Below, piece by piece: positions 1 to 11,372 of a stretch of 64,000 bases of DNA; position 1 is the first letter of the stretch, and every line of letters starts with the position of its first letter. Below the pieces are notes generated by a model. The model ran no database searches. It was not told where the DNA came from and was given only the letters and a program-made list of their open reading frames with translations. The stretch covers positions 103,540,001 to 103,604,000 of the forward strand of contig NC_042998.1 in the NCBI RefSeq assembly GCF_006345805.1, in the 5' to 3' direction. This DNA comes from Octopus sinensis. Its lineage: Eukaryota. The position numbers and the translations under genes were made by a program.

Positions 1-61
1 TTTTGGGTCAAGGCCAACAGTTTTTAGGAGGAGGGGGTAATTAATCCTTTCTACTATAGCC

Positions 62-530
62 GCAAGGCTTGAAATTTGGTGTGAGGGGGCAGTCGATTAG
101 ATCGACCCCAGTACGCAATTGGCAATTAATTTATCGATCCTGAAAGGATGAAAGGCAAAGTCGACCCCGGCGGCATTTGAACTCAGAACGTAAAGACAGA
201 CGAAAGGAGGGGGTGAATTAATAACATCGATCCCAGTATTTGATTGCTACTTCATTTTATCGACTCAGAAAGGATAGAAGGTAAAATTGACATCAGTAGG
301 ATTTGAACTCAGAACGTAAAGATCTGGAAGAAATATCGTTAAGCATTATGTCCGTCATGCTAACGATTTAGCTAGCTCGCTGCCTTCAGATACAATGCCA
401 ATTAATGTTAAGAGGTGAGTAAGTCGATAAAATCGACTCTAGTACATGACTGGTACTTTATTTTATCGACCCAGAAATTATGAAAGTTGAGGGGATGTTT
501 TTAGTCCAGACGTAAAGAGCCAGAACAAAT
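62..530 (-). mobile_element. Cluster of three degenerate or truncated copies of tRNA-derived SINE family A (informal label)
   Basis: Reverse-complement matches to the family-A body (aaaggcaaagtcgacc..ggcgg..tttgaactcagaacgtaaag) at about 62-207, 215-385 and 418-530. Confidence 0.8.
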
Positions 531-533
531 TAA

Positions 534-914
534 GGTGGTGAGCTGGCAGAATCGTTAGCACGCCGGGCGAAATGCTTAGCGGTATTTCATCTGCCGTTAC
601 GTTCGGAGTTCAAATTCCGCCGAGGTCGACTTTGCCTTTCATCCTTTCGGGGTCGATTAAATATGTACCAGTTACACACTGGGGTCGATATAATCGACTT
701 AATCCATTTGTCTGTCCTTGTTTGTCCTCTCTGTGTTTAGCCCCTTGTGGGTAGAGTTCAAATTCCGCCGATGTCGACCTTGCTTTTCATCTTTTCGGCG
801 TCGATAAATTAAGTACCAGTTACGTACTGGGGTCGATGTAATTGACTTAATCCGTTTGTCTGTCCTTATTTGTCCCCTCTATGTTTAGCGCCTTATGGGC
901 AATAAAAAAAAGTA
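534..914 (+). mobile_element. SINE family A: full copy (534-752) plus a 5'-truncated tandem copy (753-914), long-tail subtype
   Basis: Head ggtggtgagctggcagaatcg (A-box-like) and B-box-like gagttcaaattcc. The body matches copies at 29942, 40546 and 59800. Flanked by the direct repeat agaacaaat (522-530 and 915-923). Confidence 0.9.
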
Positions 915-1032
915 AGAACAAATATCGCATGGGTTTCTTTCTAATGCTCTAAAGGTTCTACCAGTTTACCAATGTAACTCTAATCACAAATAACGATAGT
1001 AACAACAATAATAACGGCAACAACAACTGCAA

Positions 1033-1063
<31 letters not shown>

Positions 1064-1961
1064 AGCAGCATTAGCAACATTAATATAATTTTCTTCTCTG
1101 GTATTCTTGAACTGGAAACTGTATCTAATAACATATAATAGATTTTATGAATACATAGAAAAAAATACCCAAAATTGAAAACACCCCGCCAATCACACAC
1201 ACACACACACTCATACATACAAGAATACACACGCCTATATAGACATTCATACACGCACAAACACACGTACACACATACGCGCACACATTAGAATACATCA
1301 ACAATAAGCAATGCAAAAAAAAAAATGATAATAAATAAACAGAAGTGCATCAGAATAAATGTCGAACAAAAGAGCTGCACTCGTTTCTGTTAGCAGGACA
1401 GTGAAATCAGTGGAGTGTGTAGCTTGTAAAATATCGAGCAACTTCTGCCCCCGTAGATAATTCCACGATTAGAATCAGTTTAAGATCCATAAATTCGCCA
1501 TCATGCATGTAATTCGCATTTCTGTCGGGTGGGTAATGGGTGTTGTTTGGAGTAGGGAAAGACGGTAAGGGTGGTGAGGACTTGACGGTCGTACAAGGCA
1601 GATGAACCCTAATTGCGGGTCCCGGTCAAACGTAAATTAGGGATTCACAACAGCAACGACAACAACGAGGATGATGGTGACCATGACTACGGTAAAAAAA
1701 AAAAAATATTATGACTGCAGAAGCAAAAGCAGCAGCATCTACAGCAACGACAATAGGAAAATAATAGCAGCAAAGGGTAGCGTTGCTAAATACTTCGCAT
1801 TTTTAACGAGGTGATTCCGTGTTCGATCCCTCTGCATGGCTCTGACATTGTTTGCGTTGTGTCGATGTATCTTCCCTAAAACTTCATACACATTGAAAAA
1901 CGCTCCACCCCCATGCGTTTTACAATCCACCACTACGTCTCCGCAGAAACATGCATATATA

Positions 1962-2132
1962 GGCGTAGGAGTGGCTGTGTGGTAAGTAGCTTGCTTACCA
2001 ACCACATGGTTACGGATTCAGTCCCACTACGTGGCACCTTAGATCTTCTAGTATAGCCTCGGGCCGACCAAAGTCTTGTGAGTGGATTTGGTAGACGGAA
2101 ACTGAAAGAAGCCCATCGTATATGTATATATA

Positions 2133-2170
<38 letters not shown>

Positions 2171-2410
2171 GTGTGTGTGTGTGTATGTTTGTGTGTCTGT
2201 ATTTGCCCCTCGAACATCGCTTGACAACCGATCTTGGTGTGTTTACGTCCCCGTAACTTAGCGGTTCAGCAAAAGAGATCGATAGAATAAGTACAAGGCT
2301 TACAAAGAATAAGTACGATGCTTACAAAGAATAAGTCCTAGGGTTGATTTGCTCGACTAAAGACGGTGCTCCAGCATGGCCGTAGTCAAATGACTGAAAC
2401 AAGTAAAAGA
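1962..2410 (+). mobile_element. tRNA-derived SINE family B with internal (TA)n/(TG)n microsatellite
   Basis: A-box-like tggctgtgtgg and B-box-like ggattcagtccc. Near-identical body at 45624-45988 and, split, at 25995-27258. 3' end ccagcatggccgtagtcaaatgactgaaacaagtaaaag. Confidence 0.9.
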
Positions 2411-4559
2411 GAGAGAAAGAGATACACTATTCTTCTAGCTCGCACACACATGCATATATCATTATGCCTTATTCACACCACTTACAAAGGAAAATATACA
2501 CTACGAGACGCATTCACGCAACATACTCGCTAATTCACTCTTTATATCAGCATGCGCACTCATATACACGCGCACATACAAACATTCTTACATTTTACTT
2601 CCCTTGGCTTTATACTGAACATAATCACAGACGCTCTCACACATGTACTTTACACTTTCACATATTATCATCCTTGGTTGAAAAAACTAATTCACTTTGC
2701 TTACGTCAGTCATTCATTTAACTCATTTCAGTATGTGGCATTCACGGTAACTTCTACTTCCCCGAAACTTTCTTCTTCCCTTCTATACTTGTCTTACGCT
2801 ATTTTTTGTGAAGAAAGTTCCCTGTCCGAAACGTTAAACTTTTGACTGTTTTTTTTCTTAAAAGCATGAATAAAATTATTTCCTTCAAAATTTATGACTC
2901 GTGTCACAGTACGAAACTTTCATTTTCCTAGAGTTTCACGTGGAGTAAGTTTAATGTTATAATTATGAATAGTGTCCAATTTTGTCAATAGGTGACACAA
3001 TGTGACGGAGTCAAAGAATATTTTTATGCTAAATAGCTCAGCAGTTTAAACATATTTATGTAGAAACAGTGCGGACGATTGACAGATCGATGTCAAAAAG
3101 CTTCCATAGACAATGAATATCATGCGACAAGGACTATAGAAGCGTAATAGTAGCGACTGCATTTACGACTGATGAGCGGCACCGATTTTTAAATTTGAAC
3201 TCTTCACTTGATCTAAATGAATAGGATGGGTAGGAATACAAGGCTAAATTTTACTCGGAATCGTCTTCTATGATGTGAAGTCAATATGCATGTCAAGCTG
3301 TTTGCCCTAAGTAGATCTTCTTGGATTTGTATAACGTCGTGCAATTGGCTCCGACAGCACTACCATGAACAAACTCCAACATCTTAAATAGTACTTTGGC
3401 CCAAACTCTATGCACTTCGATAAGTAAGAGCCGAAAATTATCCATTGCCTTCCAGTTTTCTGTGTCTTTCCTAAGCCGAGTGGATCACAAGATGATCTAT
3501 TGGCAGTTTCAGTCAACATTAAAGAAGAGGAATAATTCTCTTATAAAATATAATCCCACTGATCCGTTGCGATTTGTCTTACTCAATGCTAGTGTATTCG
3601 GGAAAACCATCTTATTAATTAGACATTTTACATACAGTTCTGTGCTATTCATCTCAGCATATTTTGAGATAACTTGAAGATACCCACAAAAAATCATAAT
3701 GTAAAGTCGAGCTTGGTGCCATGGGAATTACGACTCACAGTAAGCAGAATAGTAAAAAAAAAGTTACTGTCCGGTTTATAAAAGTATACTGATGATGTAG
3801 ATGCTGCTGCTGAAGCTGATCCTCCTCCATCTACTCCTCTTCATCATCATCAGCGGCAGCAGTAACGTTACTATTAATGACGACTGCAGCGTTAATAACT
3901 ATGAAGAAGAACTGCAACAGTAACAAGAATAATAGCAATAACAGTAATAAAAGCAATAACAAAAATGCTGAACATCTACAAGAGCAAAAAGGAAAAAAAA
4001 AACGATGAAAATAAGAACGACAACAACAACGGCAACAGTAATAGTAACAACAATAATCAGAAGAGGAATAGCAATAACAACAACAATAATAACAGCCATT
4101 ACGACAGCCCCAAAATCAAAACAAAAGTAACGACAAGATAGGAATAACAGCAAGCCGAAGCAGTAAAAACAACAGCAGCGATAAATATAACAACGGGAAT
4201 AACAGTAAGAACTCTATCGGCAATGGTATCACCAAGAACAACTGCAGTGAAACTATAACAAGAACACCAAGTAAAACATCGTACAACATCAACAACAACA
4301 ACAACAACAACAACAACAAAATAACAAAACTGAAGGCAAGTTAAACGAGGAAGAATAATTTCAAGTTGCTGTCAAGTATTTTGTAAATTATGAACATTCG
4401 TTGCCGACTTCATTATGGCTTCTATTGTTAACATGTCAGTTTTGATTTGTTTTCATTTATTGTTATTGTAAATGTAACGTTTATTTGTTGCTATTAGTGT
4501 TGTTGTAGTGATATTTGTTATTGGTGTCGCTATATTAGAATAATTTGTCTTTGCTTGTG

Positions 4560-4593
4560 AGTATGTGAGTGTGCGTGTTTATAATATATATAT

Positions 4594-4651
<58 letters not shown>

Positions 4652-4840
4652 CATACATACATATATATATATATATTATATATATATTCACATATATGTA
4701 TATATGTATAGATATGTGTGTAAATATGTGTATATATATATATATTATATATATATTCACATATATGTATATATGTATAGATATGTGTGTAAATATGTGT
4801 ATATACATATGAATGTATATATACATACACACACACACAT

Positions 4841-4910
<70 letters not shown>

Positions 4911-4919
4911 ATACATACA

Positions 4920-4968
<49 letters not shown>

Positions 4969-5049
4969 TCACATATATGTATATATGTATAGATATGTGT
5001 ATAAATATGTGTATATACATATGTATGTATATATACATACACACACACG

Positions 5050-5104
<55 letters not shown>

Positions 5105-5200
5105 GTGTATATATATACTGGCTTTCATGAACATGGCCATTTAAATACTTCACTGCTAAAATATAAATTACCTATATAAACACACATACATACATGCATA
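4560..5200. repeat. Compound TA/TG/TACA microsatellite with higher-order internal duplications
   Basis: The unit tatattcacatatatgtatatatgtatagatatgtgt recurs at about 4683, 4752 and 4964. Confidence 0.9.
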
Positions 5201-5202
5201 CA

Positions 5203-6161
5203 TCTCTCTCTATATAAACGACAGTTTGTCTGTCTGTGTGTCTGTGTGTCTGTCAGGTTGTACCCTCACCCTGACCACGGCTTTCAACCGATTCTGATGA
5301 AACTTGACACACACATAGCCCAACGTCATAATTCAAAACTAACGCAGCGAAAAGTTTGAAAAGTTCCCCCAGTTCTGAAAAAAATTGATAAATTCGACAT
5401 GGGTTCGAGAATCAGAAACACAAACCACAGACTATCTGGGGGACGCAACTCGACTTTTTTAACTCTCAACTCCATCAATATCCAGCTACTTGAAGCTATT
5501 CCTGGTGATGTCCACGTCTACAAATATATTGATAGGACAGCAGACCCCGCTGAGCTTGCCGATTATCCTGTTGAATTCCTGAATTCACTTGAACCGCCAG
5601 GCCTGCCGCCACACATCCTGAAGTTAAAAGTCGGTGCGCCCATTTGCTCATCAGGAATTTGGTTCCACCTAAACAGTGCAACGGCACACATCTGGTTGTG
5701 AAACATTTGCCACCACATTTAATAACGGCCACAACACTTACCGGTTGTGGGAAGGGAGAGGACGTCTTCATTCCACGCATGCACCTTCAACCGTCGGGCG
5801 CTGACCTACCAATCCACTTCAGGCATTCTCAGTTTCCTGTTAAACTCTGTTTCGCAATGTCCATTAATAAATCCCAAGGCCAAACGCTACAAGTCGCTGG
5901 GTTACAGTTGGGCGAACAGTGCTTCGCCTATGGTCAACTCTACGTGGGCTGTTCACGCATTGGGAGGCGCAATGATGTTTTCATGTTTTCACCTAAAGGG
6001 ACAGCTAAGAACACCGTATACACAGAAATATTCGAGTGAAGAGAAGACATTGCAACCTACGCATGCGCCTTCGTTCCCTAGAGGGAAAGGACTAGATTGG
6101 GATTAGGCGTTGCCTACTAGGGGCTCTTACATACCCGGGCAATGCCGGGCTATGCTGCTAG
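5203..6161 (+). mobile_element. Helitron, non-autonomous or deletion derivative, carrying a Pif1 helicase C-terminal fragment
   Basis: 5' TC start after an A; subterminal hairpin CCCGG-gcaatg-CCGGG (6134-6149); 3' CTAG followed by T (A|T insertion site); helicase motifs inside. Confidence 0.9.
5470..6039 (+). pseudogene. Helitron Pif1-family (SF1B) helicase C-terminal remnant, frameshifted near 5642
   Basis: Translates to YPVEFLNSLEPPGLPPHILKLKVGAPI, then LIRNL..CNGT..VV..FIPR..QFPVKLCFAMSINKSQGQTL..GQLYVGCSR, which are typical Pif1/RepHel motifs. The N-terminus is absent. Confidence 0.9.
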
Positions 6162-6369
6162 TACATACATATATATATATTCATACATACACGCATGCAT
6201 GCATACATACATATATACATTATATAAACATACGTATGTGTATATGTGTGTGTGTATGTATGCATAAATGAGTCTGTGTGTGTGCGCGCGCGCGAGTGTA
6301 TTCTGGAATGACTTCAATATGTAACAGCGTTAAGCATGCAACTGAATATTACTACCTCTTAAATAAGTA

Positions 6370-6471
6370 CTATCTATCTACCTAATTATCTATCTATATA
6401 GCTATCTATCTATATCTATTTATCTATCTATCTGTCAGCCTGCCTATCTATCTATCTATCTGTCAGTCTGC

Positions 6472-6538
<67 letters not shown>

Positions 6539-6690
6539 CCTACCTATGAGGCCACTAATGATACTGATGTAGTTGTTATTGGATAGCCTCATGAGGCTGT
6601 ATATATGTAGGTATGCATGTATGTATGTATGTATTGTATGTATGTATGTATGTATGTATGTATGTATGTATGTATGTATGTATGCATGCG
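6370..6690. repeat. (CTAT)n and (TATG)n tetranucleotide microsatellites
   Basis: Direct reading of the sequence. Confidence 0.95.
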
Positions 6691-6813
6691 CGCGTGTGGT
6701 GGGGTTGTGTGTAGATATTATGTGCTCTAATAGTTTTACGATACTTGAACAAGCATATTTGTAAAATACGCTGTGTATCTTAATGCAATCTTTCTGGCTC
6801 TGTTTATACGTTA

Positions 6814-7202
6814 CTAGCAGTATCGCCCGGCGTTGCTCAGGTTTGTAAGGGAAATAACTATAAAGCATTTTTAGAGAGTTATAGCCAAAAAATAGCAAAA
6901 AAATGGAAAAAAAATGATGGTAAATTTTTTTTGAGGGATAAAAAAGGTGGAGTTGCGTCCCCTAGACGGTCTGTGGTTTGGGTTTCAGATTCTCGACCCC
7001 ATGTCGAATTTATCGATCTTTTTCAGAACTGGGGGAACTTTTCAAAATTTTCGCTGCGTTAGTTTTGAATTATGACATTGGGCTATGTGTGTGTCAAGTT
7101 TCATCAGAATCGGTTGAAAGCCGTGGTCAGGGTGAGGGTACGAGAAAACAGACACATAGAAACACGCACAGACAAACTGCCGTTTATATATAGAGAGAGA
7201 GA
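6814..7202 (-). mobile_element. Short non-autonomous Helitron of the same family as 5203-6161
   Basis: On the minus strand it starts TCTCTC..tatataaacggcagtttgtc, shares about 265 bp with 5203-5469, and ends cctgagcaacgccgggcgatactgCTAG followed by T. Confidence 0.85.
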
Positions 7203-7311
7203 TATTTTAAAAACAAAGCCGCTGGACAGTAAGAAAATTAGAAACATGCAAAGCGTCAAGGAGCTTGCTGCAAAAAATGGAACGAGAAAAAGAACGAAAT
7301 CAAGAAATCTA

Positions 7312-7545
7312 AGGTCCTGAGCAGTTGCACATGTTGCGCCTCTACTCCTTGCCTCTACAGCGAGTTCAGCACTGCGGTGGTTTCGACGCTGTCGAAGGCC
7401 TTCTCATAGTCTACAAACGCAACGCAAAAAAGGCACCTTGTACTCATTCACTCGCTCAAGCAGTTGTGTTAGAGTAAATATAAGGTCCATCGTGCTGTGT
7501 AGTTCTTCGGCTTGTTCCCTCGGTTGTTGTTCGTCGAGATGACGT
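7312..7545 (-). mobile_element. RTE-clade LINE reverse-transcriptase fragment, degenerate
   Basis: Minus-strand translation, allowing for frameshifts: DEQQPREQA..STMDLIFTLTQLLERVNEYKVP..CVAFVDYEKAFDSVETTAVLNSL*RQGV. Confidence 0.75.
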
Positions 7546-8351
7546 GATAACCTGTTCATATATATATATGCATATATTTATATCCTCTTGCATGTATGCA
7601 TATGAATACGTGTGTATGCACATTTGCTTCTGTGTGTTTGTGTGTGTGCTCTCACGTGCGCCCGCGCGTGTTAGCGTGTGTGAATAAATATAGTAGTTAT
7701 AGAGGCTTAGTGTTTACGGTGTTGGACTGATGATTTTAAGATTGTCGTTTCAATTCCTGAAATGAAGTGTTTTGAGCAAAGCAATTAATTCACGTTATTT
7801 CAGTCTGTTCAGCTGGTAAAACCTAGTAATCTCTCCATACACTGGCATCAAACTCGGTGGTTGCGAGGGGGAGGAGAATATATATGACCCACGAAAGCCG
7901 TAAAACCGGCCCATAGGGTCGATATGACTCGAGACGGATCTTCATCCTATATACGATATTTATATTTCAATACACACACACCTTAACACACCCCTACACG
8001 CAAATAAATGGAAAAAACTTTCAGTCCCCGACCAAAAATTCACGTGGTGTTGCTCGCTAGCAGTCTACACCCAAATTTCCTAATCGCTGTTTTTTGTCAC
8101 ATTTCGGTGTGCTTCTGTGTAGTGTAATGCTTATTATTTATACAGTTGTTTTGCATTACGTTTGAAGCCTTATGGATATTGTTGATTTCGTTCAATTGCG
8201 ATCAGTGATAACTAATTTTTTTCACACTCCAGATAAATAATTATATAGATTTTCTTTTGTCTGATATTATATCTCTTCTTCCAATTCACCAGCCTAATTA
8301 ATGTCTAATATCATTTTCGTTCTTTAAAACGCCTTTTCTCTTACTTATTCC

Positions 8352-8468
8352 CTCTTCTTCTTCTTCTTCTTCTTGTTCTTGTTCTTCTTCTTCTTCTTCT
8401 TCTTCTTCTTCTTCTTCTTCTTCTTCTCCTTCTTCTTCTTCTTCTTCTTCTTCTTCTTCTTCTTCTTC
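8352..8468. repeat. (TTC)n microsatellite
   Basis: Direct reading; explains the poly-K and poly-F ORFs in the track. Confidence 0.95.
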
Positions 8469-10039
8469 TCAAATTCTCCTGCTCTTTCATTCTCTCCTCC
8501 TTCTTCTACCTCACCATTTGTGTCTTTCTTTCGCCTTTCCTGTCTTTCATCATTTAAATACATAACACATAGAACTGACAAAATATATCAAAAGTAATGT
8601 AAACAATACGCCGTAAAGAGAAGCTATAATAGTAGCCATTTTCAGAAACAATTTGACTTGGAGATAAAAATTATTTCAACGACTTTCGATGCTGGATGTC
8701 ATGGCCTTTTCTGCACATGCGTACTCCTCTGAAACTTTATACGTAAACGTCACCAGTAAGTGTGAAATCTATACGATAGTAGATTCTTCCCCATCTCTCT
8801 CGTCACTGTTACAAGAAACGTAGTATTTCAATAGAGTGGAAGATCAAAGAATAGTCTGTGACAACTCGCGATGTTTTTGGTGAGGGAATTTCTTTTTTAT
8901 TTATTTATGATAAAAAGAAACATTCGACATTAAATGAGTAGATGGCTTCTTCTTTATTTGCTTGGACAGAAGGACAAGATTTTTTTTATGTAAAGGGGAG
9001 GTGCAAATTGGATTAAATCGTCCCAAGTCTCTTGCTGGTTATTATCTTATCGGCAACGAAGAGATGAAAGATAAAGTCAATGTATGCGGGGACTGGGATT
9101 TAGATTTATGAAGCAGTAAATCTAGATTCCGTAAAAATAAACAAACAAACAAATAAATAAATAAAATAAAACCACAGAAGAAATCTGATGTAGTACTTTA
9201 TCAAATTTACCATTAGCGCAGTAAGCACTAATGAAAGAACAAGAAATATTTATTGACCGATAAAATTAGTAATGAAGTCTGAGAAGATAGAGGATTTTGA
9301 AATACTTCTGCGGTGTCAGCCTAAATAAGATCAAATTTTATACTACCAGTTCCCTAATCTTTCACTTTACTGATTTTAGAAAGAAAAGAAAACGCAGCAA
9401 AATATAGTACTTATAGAAGGTATTGAAGTCTCACAGCCTTTTTAGAAATATCACTATCTGCCTCTTATCCTTTCAGGGGTCGATAACATAAGTACTGGTG
9501 TCGATGTAATCGACCAGACCCCTCCCACAAATTTTAAGACCTTGTGCCTATAATAGAGAAGTATATTTAAAGAAATTTAAATATTCTTTACACAAACACA
9601 CACACATACATTGATTTATGAAATTAATCGGAGTATATGTTTTGATAGCATTGCTGAAAAATATTTTCGTTGCCAAAGCTATCTGAGTAATTTTCAGAGT
9701 ATGCTTGGGATACTGAATTTGAATATGGCATCACTTTTGACATATTGATTCTACTTTTAGACATAATCGAAGCGCTATATTTGAGAATTCGCTATACTGT
9801 TCCTTCTGAGACCCTATAATTTTTTTTTATGATATGCAATATTTGCTGACGTGATCTTTGCGCATTCGGTTCTCGAATTTATTCCATATCAAACACTGGA
9901 ATTAAAAATGATTTTATTTTGGGCATAAAGTGTCAAAACATATTGACACAAATTGCAAAATAAATAAACAATAAATGAATTCTACATTGTAACATCAAAA
10001 ATCATGAAAAAATAAGCAAAACATTTGATGGCAACTCAC

Positions 10040-10345
10040 GCAATAAGAGAGTACAAGGCAATACAGGCTTGTATTAGAACGACTAATTTCAAGCTTCCGG
10101 TGGATCTTTGTAAAAACGCTTCAATCTTGTGGTCAATATCCTGGTAGTCCCATTTTGAAAGACAAGATCTCCATCTTCGCCAAAGTGAGAGAGCACCTTC
10201 TCTCTTTTTCGTTAAGCTTTTGTTGTAGCTACTCCTTTTCTTTTAGCCTAGATGCTACAAGTTCAGTGGACTTCTTTGAGAAATTGAGATCTCGTATCAG
10301 AACATTAATTTGATTAAGTTTTTCTTTTGAAAAACAGCTTTGGTG
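10040..10345 (-). mobile_element. DNA-transposon transposase fragment, Chapaev3/CMC-like, N-terminal to middle part
   Basis: Minus-strand translation PKLF/SKEKLNQINVLIRDLNFSKKSTELVASRLKEK resembles the LNDL.RDL.LSK..AELL.SRLKEK segment recalled for this family. Confidence 0.55.
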
Positions 10346-11182
10346 TCAAAGCACTTACTTCATATTAATTTTCACTGTCATTTGCGGTAGACTCCAAACT
10401 CGGCATTTTTTCCAATATCTAGCGAAGAAAAGTCAGGCAGAGAAATAAGAATTAGCATGGAAATTTCTTTGCTATGTAATCGGCATACACCTCCCCCTAA
10501 GTTGCAGGCACAAGGCCAGTAATTTAGGAGAAGGGTTATGTCGATTGCATTGACCCTAGTGCTCGACTGGTACAGGTCGCTTTGTAGATTCTAAATCAGA
10601 ATATCCTGAGTTTGTTTTTTGTAGCGATTGAAGATTTCACATTACCTACACAAAAATAACAATCACTGTAGTTGTGTTTCAGCTCTCACTTCATCATAAG
10701 CATTCGGAAGTTTAAATTTCTTTTCTTTGTCTATTTGTCTACTGCCTAAGGATTCTACATAAACTTTGCGTACCACATGATGTGCTTGTGATATTTTTTC
10801 TATGATTTTCTATAATATATTTGCTACAGATAGTAGAATATATTTAGATTGTTCAAAGTGGTTCTTCGCAATGAATCATATAAAATCTAAAAAGACAAAC
10901 TTAAAGTTAGGCTTGCAATAAAAATAGATTAAATAACAAAAATGTAGGGTGAAACATATAAATAAAATCCGTGAGGTACATGTCAGCAAATATGCTGGTA
11001 AAATTCAGTAATTTAACAGTATTCTCAAATATGGCATCATCACCAGCTAGTATTTCTTAAATAGCCGAGTTGTTGAATACCAAAGTATTATGGTCTTTGA
11101 CCTATACTTACCTAACTCCTACACTACAGTTTACTGAGATTCGGAAAAAAATGTCTGTATATCACATTGACTTCAAATTTTG

Positions 11183-11372
11183 ACACAAGGTCAGCAATTT
11201 ACGGGGAAGTCGGTTAGATCGATTACATTGATCCCAGTGCTCAACTAGTACTCGTTTTATCGATCTCGAAAGGCAAAGTCAACCTCGCCAGAATTTGAAC
11301 TCAGAACACAAACACAGGCGAAATATTTTCCATAGTGTGCTAAAGAAACAACATGATTCTGCTAGCTCATCG
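11183..11372 (-). mobile_element. SINE family A, degenerate copy
   Basis: ggcaaagtcaacctcgccagaatttgaactcagaac..ctgctagctcatcg matches the reverse complement of family A. Confidence 0.75.

Noticed and set aside
1603-1647. Hairpin tgaaccctaattgcg / cgtaaattagggattca
   Set aside because: The stem is about 15 bp with bulges and does not extend, which is too short for a pre-miRNA and plausible by chance.
3168-3190. CTGATGA-gcggcaccg as a hammerhead
   Set aside because: No GAAA follows stem II.
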